The notes beneath the pieces are model-generated. The model searched no databases, was not told the DNA's origin, and worked only from the letters and a program-made list of their open reading frames with translations. From the IMG/VR virus record IMGVR_UViG_3300032271_000867, positions 1 through 64,000 of that record: a DNA stretch of 64,000 bases. One strand, 5' to 3'. A program made the position numbers and the translations under genes. Source of the stretch: a virus. Shown in pieces: positions 55,565-64,000 of the stretch. Numbering within the stretch: the stretch's first letter is position 1; every line of letters begins with the position of its first letter.

Positions 55565-58290
55565 TACGTTAACCCGTTTCCACTAATCATCCAAGATGTT
55601 GAAGTAATCTTTACAGCTGTAGCCATACCGTAAGCAGCAAGTGTGCGAGAACCTGTTGTTCCTGCACCAGCTAAGTACAAAGTATCTGTATTAATTGAAA
55701 TAGTCATAGTTGCGCCTGTACCAGCGATAAAAGTCAAAGTTGTTCCAATAGGAAACGCCACCGAGCTGTTAGCAGGGATTGTGACTGTGCGGGTAGCCGA
55801 AGCATAAACATGCGTTCCTGCATCACCAACAACAATTGTGTAAGCGCCTATGGTTGTTGCATTTTGTGGAAGTCCCATATAGCCAACACCAGTAGCAGCA
55901 TTATTTGTATTTGCTGAATTTATAATGACAGTGTTACCTGAGTATAAAGTGGCAGAGCTTGGTATAGGAGTATTATTTACGCTACTTAAATTTGATAAAG
56001 AAGTAGTTGAAGTAGTTACTAAAGTGGCACTAGATGGAATAGTAGTTCCGTTAATAGTAGTGGCTGTTGCTATACCCAAAGAGAGCGTTCCATCAGCATT
56101 TACTAGTGTTCGAGCAGAACCTGAAGTCCCAATGTAGTTGAGCGCACCTGCTGAAACGTAAAGAACACCGCCACCTGTTGGGTTTGAGCTTGGGGCAACT
56201 GAAGCATTTGAAATACCAATGACACCAGAACCGCCACCAAATGACGGGCTTGCAGAAGCAAACCCAACATTTCGACCAGTTTGTAAAGTTATACCAGTTA
56301 GACCGTCATTTAAAGCTTGGATACTTGCAATTCGCACACCACCAGTTGTGCCAAATGCAGCTAACAAACCGCCGCTTGAGTCTTGAATTTCAAACGGACT
56401 AGCGCTACCCGATGTTGCTAGTTTGATTACTAAACCTTTTGTGCCTGCACTTCGTGCCGTGATGCTTGCCTGTGCAGGTGCAGTAACTGAAGCTGGAAGA
56501 CTAGAAGCAGTAGTAGTTGCAGCAGTAACTGTTGCACCAACAAGAGCAAATTGAATGTAAGAAGCATTTGCAGTAGCACTGTTTAGCACTCCAGTAACTA
56601 TGTAAGTTGCAGCAGGAATAATAGAAGTTCCAGAAGCAGCAGCTACAACAACTAAATCATTTACAGCAAGGTTTGTAGCAGAAACAAAGTTAATTTGTCC
56701 TTGAGTTGTCGTATTAATTTGAACGCTATAAACAATTCCTACTGAAGAGTAGATAGGAGTTGTTGAGCCTGTGTAAGTTTGGCCAACAGCGTTAGTGCCA
56801 GAGTTGGCTGTACCCGCTGAAGTTTGTGTTTGCAACAAGTCGGCAGTTTGAGAAGTTACGCCTTTGATAACTAATCCAGAAGTAGACAAGTTTCTAGGTG
56901 TAATGCTTGCTTGTGCAACTACTGCTACTTTTGCGCTAGCATATCCCGTAATTACTGGGTTAGTTGCAAGTTGGTATTGAATAAATAAAGTTCCAGAGTT
57001 AGATACGTTAGTGATAACAAACGTTCCATTGGGGTTTGTTCCTGTATACGTAAGACCAGAGACAGTAACACTGTCTCCAATTGCTAAGGCTGTAGCTTGT
57101 GAGAAGTTTACTTGAACAGTGTAGTATGAGGTGGTTACTGTAGGAGTGCCACCAAAATTACCTATGGCACCTCCAACGGTATACCCAATTGCATATGGAG
57201 ACGTGTTGCTAACGTAATTAACAAACCACTGTCCATTTGGATTAGTACCACTAGTATAGGTTAATCCTGAAACAGTAACCACAGTTCCAATTGCAATGTT
57301 TGGAGCATAAGTAAGGTTTATGGTTACCCTACCAATACCAGACGAATAAGTAGCTCCAGTTATAGGTGAACCTGGCACTGAGTTACTAGCGGTTACAGAA
57401 GTAAGCCCAGGTAATACAGTAGTTAGAGGAGTTCCAACATACATTTGTCCATAGGTTGTTACGCCAACAGCATTTCCTAAATAGTTAGTAGCTGTAAATA
57501 AGTCGGTAGTAGATTGTAGTAATGAACCAGTAATGTTTAAATAGGCAGCTCCGTTGCTATTGCTCATACTCATGTTAGAAGCATTAAACCCACCACTGCT
57601 AGTAATTACGTTTTTTCCACCAATTGTTAAACCATCAGATGCTCTCCAATAACTTGTCGGGGTAGTTCCTGTATTGTTATACGCTCCTAAATAAAATCCA
57701 TACCCAGAGGATACTCCAGAATAAGAGGTAGTACCTTTATATGCGTACCATTCTTGAGCTATATTTTGTACACCATAATTTGAATCAAAATAAGAAGGTT
57801 CATAAACTTTTAAAGAAGCATAATTCCAATTTTTAGCTGGAGCAATGCTAACGTTACTAACGTATCCATTAGTTTTTATTGAAAAAAGTGGATTTTCTGA
57901 AGAGTTATTTGTTATTGAATTTCCATTAGCAACTAAAAGTACGTTTCCAATTGCTCTAACAGTTCCCCCTGATACATAAGTTAAAGTACTATCAATTTGG
58001 TAAATAGTAATAGTAGTTGAGTCAACTCCACCTACTAACCATGTGCCATTAAATCCCGTTGGATTTACTCCAGCAATAGTTACGTATCCACCCCATTGAG
58101 CATTATGCCCAGGAGCAGTGATTACCCACTGGTCTGTAGACACAGAGCTAACAGAAATTCCTGTAATAGATACTGGAGAAGAAGTTCCATTTGAATTAGA
58201 AACTATTCTTACAGCATCTAAATCTGGTCTATTTTGAAAAAGATTTATAGAACCATTTACTGCCACATCATCTAAAAAGTTTTTAGCCAT
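55564..58290 (-). CDS. tail fibre / adhesin
   Basis: Thr/Ser/Gly-rich beta repeats; TVTIPANSSVAFPIGT...W.ISG.L terminal domain. Confidence 0.8.
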   Translation of the reverse strand: MAKNFLDDVAVNGSINLFQNRPDLDAVRIVSNSNGTSSPVSITGISVSSVSTDQWVITAPGHNAQWGGYVTIAGVNPTGFNGTWLVGGVDSTTITIYQIDSTLTYVSGGTVRAIGNVLLVANGNSITNNSSENPLFSIKTNGYVSNVSIAPAKNWNYASLKVYEPSYFDSNYGVQNIAQEWYAYKGTTSYSGVSSGYGFYLGAYNNTGTTPTSYWRASDGLTIGGKNVITSSGGFNASNMSMSNSNGAAYLNITGSLLQSTTDLFTATNYLGNAVGVTTYGQMYVGTPLTTVLPGLTSVTASNSVPGSPITGATYSSGIGRVTINLTYAPNIAIGTVVTVSGLTYTSGTNPNGQWFVNYVSNTSPYAIGYTVGGAIGNFGGTPTVTTSYYTVQVNFSQATALAIGDSVTVSGLTYTGTNPNGTFVITNVSNSGTLFIQYQLATNPVITGYASAKVAVVAQASITPRNLSTSGLVIKGVTSQTADLLQTQTSAGTANSGTNAVGQTYTGSTTPIYSSVGIVYSVQINTTTQGQINFVSATNLAVNDLVVVAAASGTSIIPAATYIVTGVLNSATANASYIQFALVGATVTAATTTASSLPASVTAPAQASITARSAGTKGLVIKLATSGSASPFEIQDSSGGLLAAFGTTGGVRIASIQALNDGLTGITLQTGRNVGFASASPSFGGGSGVIGISNASVAPSSNPTGGGVLYVSAGALNYIGTSGSARTLVNADGTLSLGIATATTINGTTIPSSATLVTTSTTSLSNLSSVNNTPIPSSATLYSGNTVIINSANTNNAATGVGYMGLPQNATTIGAYTIVVGDAGTHVYASATRTVTIPANSSVAFPIGTTLTFIAGTGATMTISINTDTLYLAGAGTTGSRTLAAYGMATAVKITSTSWMISGNGLT

Positions 58291-61200
58291 TATCCAACCA
58301 TCATTACTCTGTATTTACCTGCTGCAACGGTAGTTGCAGCGTTCCAAGAAAGGGTAACGTTACCCGTAGTTTCATCAATTACAATATCTGTAACAACAAT
58401 AGCAGCTGCAGTATTTGTTGTTATATCTCTAACTTGAACTAAAAACAGACCAGCAGTTCCTAGACCATGGGTAGCAGCACTAATTGTCCAAGTTACTACA
58501 CCTGATGTAGGCGTCAAAGAAGGGTTAGTAGCAGTGTATTTATTTACAGTGCTTGCAGACAAAGTTCCATCTGCAGTTACAGATAACCCAGTTCCTACTT
58601 TAATTCCACCTAATGCAGAAGCAGTAGCAGCTGGAAGAACATACGTATTAGCGCCAGAAATAACACCAGAACCATTAATTGTAATAGTGGTTCCATCTAC
58701 TTTTACACCACCAAGTGTTGTAGTAGAAGCAGTTGGCAATGTATAAGAATAAGTACCACTCAGTACTCCAGAGCCATCAATAACAAGGTTTGAACCAACT
58801 TTAACACCACCAAGAACTGTGCTAGAAGCTGTAGGTAAAGTGTAGGTATACGGTGCGCTAATTACTCCAGAGCCGTTAATAGTAACGGTAGTACCATCAA
58901 TTTTTACACCACCCAAAACTGTGGTAGAAGCAGTAGGCAAAGAGAACGATGGGCTACCACTAATTACGCCATTATTGATAGTAATGGTATTTCCATCAAC
59001 AGTTAGTGTAGAACCATTAGCAGCAAGAATTTGACTTGAAGTTCCGTCATTGATCTTAAATGAACCAGCAAGGAGCGTGTCGTAAGTTACCGAGGTTAAA
59101 TCTACTGTTTGACCAGCAGGCTCTACACCATTAGAAAACAGTGTCCAAACACCATTTGTATGATTTCTTACAAGACCAGCATGTTTGTGGTTTGAAACAT
59201 CCCCACCAGTTGTGCCGTATGCACCATAGAACCCAATGTCCAAGGCATCAGTTGAATACTGGTTGTTAGACAAATAAATTACAGAGTCACTAACAGATAA
59301 GTTAGTGCTAGTGATTATGTTGTAAGTGCCGACTGTTAAAGTTCCAGAGACATTCATATCAGCAGCATTTACGGTACCTGTAAATGTAGGACTAGCTAGA
59401 GGAGCTTTTAATGCTAAATCTGAAGTTAAGTTAGTTACTTGAGATTCTGCAATATTTGGAATATCACTAGCTAAAAGAGTTGTTCCAGAAGTAACACGTC
59501 CTTTAGAATCTGTGGTTACTTTTGTGTAAGTTCCAGCCGTACCAACTGCAGATAAAGTAGGGTTTGGGTAGTTACCCGTCAAGTCTCCACCAGCAGTGGC
59601 TGTAGCTGAAAGTCTTGAAGTATCAGTAGGGTGAGTATGGTCTTGACGAGCAAACCTAGTAGAAGTTCCTACAGATGCAGTACCGTCCATATTTGGAGTA
59701 GCAGTTCCAGCTTGACCTAAAACAAACGCTGTGCTTGCTGCTTGCGTAGTGTTTGTGTCGGCAGTTGCTGTTGGTACTGTTGGAGTACCTGTTAATGCAG
59801 GACTAGCTAGGGGGGCTCTAGTTGTGTCTGTAGGGTGAACGTGATCTGCCCTGGCGTATGAAATAGATGTTCCAACTGCAGCTGTTCCATCAACAGTAGG
59901 GGTAGTAGTAGACGGAGTAGTTGTAGGAGTAAAAGCAATTGAATCAGTATTAATTTTTACAACGGTATTAGTGGCAGTTCCAGAAGAGGATAGCACCCAA
60001 CTAGTGCCAGTGTTTACTGTTCCATTTGTAACTTGTACTCGTTTATTGGTAAACAGTTGACCAAAAGTCGAGTTATTAGCATCTGTCGCTCTAGTAAAGT
60101 AAAGATTTCCAGTAAAACCAGAGCAATAATAAATTCCGTTTTGTTTAGGGTCTGCCTGGTCTTTTATAAGAACTCTAGTGCCATTAGTTACATCAGTAGA
60201 GCTAAATGATTTGCCATCAATAACAGTGCCAGTTGAGGTATAGAAATAAGAACCTACTCCCGTACCACCATTAGCGTCTGAAAATACATAAGAACCCGAT
60301 GCAGCAGCAGTTAAACTAGATGACAAAGTAACTGCATATGGGCTACTTCCAGATACAGCAGTAACAGTAGTTCCTGATGGTATTCCTGTACCAGTAACAG
60401 TTTGTCCTACAATAGGTACAACACCTGTATACGTTACTGTTATTTGATTAGTTCCACTAGTTCCAGATACGTTAGTAGCGGTTCCCCCACCTGTAAAATA
60501 AGTAGCACTAAGTGGACCAGTAGTGGCATATGCCACTGTAATGTTAGTATTTGAAGGAGTAACTGGGCCTGTGACATTTCCAAAACCATTAATAACATTT
60601 GTTCCATTAATGGTTAATCCGTCAGAAATTCTCCAGTAGTTTGTGGGCGTAGCTGTTGAAGAGTATTCTCCTAAATAGTTTCCATAGATAGAAGAAACTC
60701 CCCCAATACTTTTACTAGAATAGTCGTACCAAATTTGAGCTGGACGTTGAAGTGGAGTTCCTGACTCATATACTGCTAAAGAAGTTAGCGAGTTAACTGC
60801 GGAGTCAACCGTAAATGGAGATATTCCTCCAGTTGTTGATATAGAAAAACTACTACCAGTATTAGAGCGGATGCTAACTGCGGTAGGAACTACTGTAACC
60901 GTTCCCCCAGAAACATAAGTAAAATTAGAAACATAATAAATAGTGATTATATTAGTAACACTATTTACGGCACCAACTAAATATTTTCCATTAAACGAAC
61001 TTGGAGTTACTCCATCAATAGTTATGTATTGTCCCTGTACAATGTTGTGCCCTGGAGCAGTAATTCTCCAATAACCAGTGCCAGTAGCACTAGAAATGTT
61101 AGTAATTGCAAAGGCATTTGGGCTAATGGCAGTATTTGATACAACGTTTAATGCTGAAAGGTCTGGTCTATTTTTATTAGTAATAGTCAACGTGCCATCA

Positions 61201-62885
61201 GAAGTAGCTGCTACAGCCGTATTTCCAGAGGCGTCAATGACGTTAAAAATTGAGTTATTTTGATAAACAGATGCAGTTATAGTGCTTCCACTGTAGCTGA
61301 AGTATGACCTAAGCCCTACAGTAAAAGTGTAAGTAGTAACTGAAATAATCGGCAAAGGGGCACCAAAACCAGTTTGAAGACCATAAACACCACCACCCCC
61401 AGTAGGAAAAGTAACAAATTGACCTACAGAAAATGAGTGAGCAACGGAGCCCGTAGAAAATGTTGTGTCGTTAGTATTAGCCGTAGCGCTAACTACTGTA
61501 GCTGTTAAAACTTTTCCGTACACATTTACTGCAGAGCTAGTAATGTTTACTGGGTAAAACCTTTGAATGTTAGTCCAAGTATTATCTGTACTTAACAAGT
61601 CTGAAGTAAGCAGAGTACCACTAGTAGGAATGCTAGTTCCATTAATAGACGTAATATTACTTAATAGGGGATTTAAACCTAAAGTAATGCTAGAGGTTCC
61701 ACCATCCCAAGTAGTCCCAGAACTAAATGTAAGGTTAGAGTTAGTTAACCCTAAAGTATAAGTAGTGCTAGATTTAACGGTAATAGCTGCAGAACCGTCA
61801 AAGTTAACTCCGTTTATAGCACGGGGAGTAGCTAGGGTAGTAGCGGTAGAGGCGTTTCCAGTAAGTGCTCCAGTAAAAGTAGTTGCAGTTACTGATGTTA
61901 ATCCAGATAAAAAAGTGCTACTATTTCCTAAAGAAATTGGGGTAGTACCTATAGTAATAGCACTATTTGTCAATCCAGTATTAGGTATAGTGGCAACTGT
62001 GCCCAAAGTTCCATTACTAGTGTTAGTTACATAACCAGAGGTAGTAAGGCCACTGTCTTTAATAATTGGAGCTGTAAGAGTTCCCGTAAAAGTAGGGTTA
62101 TTAATTGGGGAAAAAGTGCTTGCTGCAGTTGAAGTAGTTAAATAACTACTACTATCTAATGAGCCATCTGCCTTTAAAAACTGTGTTGAAAGTCCACCAT
62201 TAATTACTACAGAGCCAAGCTTAAGGGTATCGTAATTAACTGATGACAAATCTACTGTTTGGTCTGCTGGCTCTACTCCATTTGAAAATAGATACCAAGT
62301 GCCATTAATATGATTACGAACAAGCCCAGTGTGCTTGTGGTTGCTGATTGTTCCACCAGTAGTTCCATAAGCACCATAGAATCCAATGTCTACAGCATCG
62401 AGAGCATACTGATTTTGTGAAAGGTAAATTACTGAGTCATTAACTGCCAAGTTAGTGGTGTTAATGATTGTTTGAGTGCCACTAACAGTAAAGTTACCTG
62501 ATACAGATAAATCACCAGAAAAACTAGCAGTAGTTCCTGTAATTCCTCCAGTAAAAGCAGCTCCTGAAAGATTAGCTTTGGTAGCTAAAGCCGTGTTTAA
62601 CCCAGTGACTTGGGAAGTAGTAATCTGCAATAAAGTTTGGTCAATTCCTAAAATGTATTGACCAATAGATGCATTACCTGCATTTGTAATTGGGGAAACT
62701 ACAGTTAAAGATGTTGGGTTAATCCAACTTCTAACTCCTGCAGTAGTTGACGATAAAACTTTACCAGAAGTATCGGGAACACCTAAGTCAGGCTCTACCT
62801 GGTCTAGGCTAATAAAATTGTAACGGTCTGCAGAAACTTGAGTAGGTGGAGTTTTCTTGACCTTACCTGAAACAAGTTTAGCCAT
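58290..62885 (-). CDS. long tail fibre with internal duplications
   Basis: SPTFTG, ARADHVHPTDT, RVLIKDQ..QNGIY and LPTAS..LGGVK repeats. Confidence 0.82.
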   Translation of the reverse strand: MAKLVSGKVKKTPPTQVSADRYNFISLDQVEPDLGVPDTSGKVLSSTTAGVRSWINPTSLTVVSPITNAGNASIGQYILGIDQTLLQITTSQVTGLNTALATKANLSGAAFTGGITGTTASFSGDLSVSGNFTVSGTQTIINTTNLAVNDSVIYLSQNQYALDAVDIGFYGAYGTTGGTISNHKHTGLVRNHINGTWYLFSNGVEPADQTVDLSSVNYDTLKLGSVVINGGLSTQFLKADGSLDSSSYLTTSTAASTFSPINNPTFTGTLTAPIIKDSGLTTSGYVTNTSNGTLGTVATIPNTGLTNSAITIGTTPISLGNSSTFLSGLTSVTATTFTGALTGNASTATTLATPRAINGVNFDGSAAITVKSSTTYTLGLTNSNLTFSSGTTWDGGTSSITLGLNPLLSNITSINGTSIPTSGTLLTSDLLSTDNTWTNIQRFYPVNITSSAVNVYGKVLTATVVSATANTNDTTFSTGSVAHSFSVGQFVTFPTGGGGVYGLQTGFGAPLPIISVTTYTFTVGLRSYFSYSGSTITASVYQNNSIFNVIDASGNTAVAATSDGTLTITNKNRPDLSALNVVSNTAISPNAFAITNISSATGTGYWRITAPGHNIVQGQYITIDGVTPSSFNGKYLVGAVNSVTNIITIYYVSNFTYVSGGTVTVVPTAVSIRSNTGSSFSISTTGGISPFTVDSAVNSLTSLAVYESGTPLQRPAQIWYDYSSKSIGGVSSIYGNYLGEYSSTATPTNYWRISDGLTINGTNVINGFGNVTGPVTPSNTNITVAYATTGPLSATYFTGGGTATNVSGTSGTNQITVTYTGVVPIVGQTVTGTGIPSGTTVTAVSGSSPYAVTLSSSLTAAASGSYVFSDANGGTGVGSYFYTSTGTVIDGKSFSSTDVTNGTRVLIKDQADPKQNGIYYCSGFTGNLYFTRATDANNSTFGQLFTNKRVQVTNGTVNTGTSWVLSSSGTATNTVVKINTDSIAFTPTTTPSTTTPTVDGTAAVGTSISYARADHVHPTDTTRAPLASPALTGTPTVPTATADTNTTQAASTAFVLGQAGTATPNMDGTASVGTSTRFARQDHTHPTDTSRLSATATAGGDLTGNYPNPTLSAVGTAGTYTKVTTDSKGRVTSGTTLLASDIPNIAESQVTNLTSDLALKAPLASPTFTGTVNAADMNVSGTLTVGTYNIITSTNLSVSDSVIYLSNNQYSTDALDIGFYGAYGTTGGDVSNHKHAGLVRNHTNGVWTLFSNGVEPAGQTVDLTSVTYDTLLAGSFKINDGTSSQILAANGSTLTVDGNTITINNGVISGSPSFSLPTASTTVLGGVKIDGTTVTINGSGVISAPYTYTLPTASSTVLGGVKVGSNLVIDGSGVLSGTYSYTLPTASTTTLGGVKVDGTTITINGSGVISGANTYVLPAATASALGGIKVGTGLSVTADGTLSASTVNKYTATNPSLTPTSGVVTWTISAATHGLGTAGLFLVQVRDITTNTAAAIVVTDIVIDETTGNVTLSWNAATTVAAGKYRVMMVG
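58560..58945 (-). repeat. four tandem LP(T/A)A(S/T)xxxLGG(V/I)K repeats
   Basis: Visible in translation and DNA. Confidence 0.8.
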
Positions 62886-63207
62886 TAGCACTCTCCAAAA
62901 TAGAAAGAGTTAGCTTCAAAGCATTATTAGTATCAGAAACAATTTGCAAAGAGTTGCCCGTCTCTAAAACCAGTTTACCTGTGGTAACAGACGAAGCGTC
63001 ATTTGCTGGAATTGAAAACCCGTTTACAAGTTCGGTAGCAACACCGTTTCTAAAAAGTGAGACAGTAGCTTTTGCAGTAGTAGCTCCTACATTAGAGATT
63101 TGAGCCATCAAAACAATTCCAGTGTAACCATCAGGAGCAGTATAAACAGTTTGAGTAGTAGTAGTAATAACTAAAGTAACTGTTCTAAATATATTTAATG
63201 CAGCCAT
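62878..63207 (-). CDS. small beta-sandwich virion protein
   Basis: VYTAP...AQISN...IPANDA...GKLVLETG. Confidence 0.7.
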   Translation of the reverse strand: MAALNIFRTVTLVITTTTQTVYTAPDGYTGIVLMAQISNVGATTAKATVSLFRNGVATELVNGFSIPANDASSVTTGKLVLETGNSLQIVSDTNNALKLTLSILESANG

Positions 63208-63476
63208 TATTTAACCTCAAGTGCAAATAAAGTTTGGATAGCGTCATCAAACGCAGTGGGATTTGCTAGCGCAATTTTGTGGACTTCAGGATTACTATGA
63301 AAAATAGAAGTAGTTACAGAGCGCAAAGAATTTTTAACTACTTCAGCTACTTCTGCACCGTGAACTTCAGTAACTTTGTTTATTTCATCAATCATTAAAT
63401 TTTCTACAAAAGCACGTAAAGTTTTAACAGTTAATGACGTGTTACCTGGCATAGTTGATGCATTAAATTTTTCCAT
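63207..63476 (-). CDS. helical protein resembling the glutamyl-tRNA reductase C-terminal dimerisation domain
   Basis: TVKTLRAFVE...EI..V...AE.V..SLRSVTTSIFH.NP...FDDAIQTLFALE. Confidence 0.55.
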   Translation of the reverse strand: MEKFNASTMPGNTSLTVKTLRAFVENLMIDEINKVTEVHGAEVAEVVKNSLRSVTTSIFHSNPEVHKIALANPTAFDDAIQTLFALEVK

Positions 63477-63477
63477 G

Positions 63478-64000
63478 TTAACCTTCAATGGCTAGTAGGT
63501 ACGGGGTCATAACTGCAAAAAGACTCTTATTAAAAGCATCGCCTTCAATAGTTCCAGAGGCACGGTTAATAGTTAGCCCGCTACCAATACGGAAGTCACC
63601 TCGTTGATCAGTACTAGTATAGAAAACTTTGCCACCATTTAACTCCCTAACTTCCTTAGTTTGGTCAGGAATACCGCCAAGTTGTGGAAGTGCAGTAGCC
63701 AATTCTGTTCCAGCACCTGCATACTCAAAAGTATGTCCAGAAGCTGTAATAAGACTTCTTTGATAAAAGTTAACTGCTCCACTAGGAATATCATTTAATA
63801 ATGGTTCAAGTAAAGTTACTGTGCAAGTATTGCTTATAGAAGAATAGTTAGTAACATTAGCAACAGTATAAAATTGACTTGATGGGTCATTTGAAAATCT
63901 AACAGTGTTATTAATTCGTGGTCTTGCAGTTAAATTAGTTAAAGAAATAGTGGTGCTTCTTTTGCTTAAACTTGCGGTAGATCCTGTGTAAAGCGATGGG
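63478..64000 (-). CDS. C-terminal part of a large virion structural protein (continues past the right edge)
   Basis: QRSLITASGHTFEYAGAG...GGKVFYTSTDQRGDFRIG...TPYLLAIEG; frame stays open upstream of the track start. Confidence 0.75.
   Translation of the reverse strand, partial: PSLYTGSTASLSKRSTTISLTNLTARPRINNTVRFSNDPSSQFYTVANVTNYSSISNTCTVTLLEPLLNDIPSGAVNFYQRSLITASGHTFEYAGAGTELATALPQLGGIPDQTKEVRELNGGKVFYTSTDQRGDFRIGSGLTINRASGTIEGDAFNKSLFAVMTPYLLAIEG

Noticed and set aside
58-62661. Many antisense or alternate-frame ORFs in the track (e.g. 58..306, 2432..2881, 10552..10824, 21278..21604, 46594..46902, 61765..62034)
   Set aside because: They overlap well-supported genes, lack an RBS and show shadow-ORF composition.
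1-64000. tRNA genes, stop-codon reassignment, integrase/att sites
   Set aside because: No cloverleaf or T-loop motifs recognised in the few intergenic gaps; genes tile fully under the standard code; no recombinase ORF seen.

Overview
This window is a 64-kb internal segment of a large, AT-rich, contractile-tailed (myovirus-type) phage genome. Two WhiB genes and a C-terminal HemA-like domain point to an actinobacterial host, possibly a low-GC freshwater lineage (inference). (i) 1-8.8 kb is an early/accessory arm, mostly on the + strand: a MoxR/CbbQ-type AAA+ ATPase with a HExxH/VWA partner, a pyrimidine-dimer glycosylase-like gene, many small ORFs and a WhiB, ending at a bidirectional terminator. 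Everything after 8.8 kb is on the - strand. (ii) 8.9-17.4 kb holds a class II B12-dependent RNR, a coupled nucleotidyltransferase / Cys-microprotein / HAD / TGT(DpdA)-like locus, low-complexity ORFs and SpoVS. (iii) 17.4-34.3 kb is recombination and replication: RuvC, a cassette-like variable region, Nmad1, UvsY-like, Cas4-like nuclease, WhiB, Hjc, RecA, PolA, SSB, SNF2, primase, DnaB, DnaC-like loader and an HTH initiator. (iv) 34.3-64 kb is baseplate, tape measure-M23, chaperone pair, tube, sheath, a run of Lys-rich microproteins and several fibre proteins. No capsid, portal, large terminase, integrase, tRNA or CRISPR array was recognised. Best novelty candidates: the NTase-HAD-TGT-like operon, a stand-alone glutamyl-tRNA reductase dimerisation-like domain, SpoVS with an RBS-sequestering hairpin, a GENK/ATGA-joined cassette array, and a likely +1 chaperone frameshift. 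All family calls come from motif recognition by eye, not from database searches.
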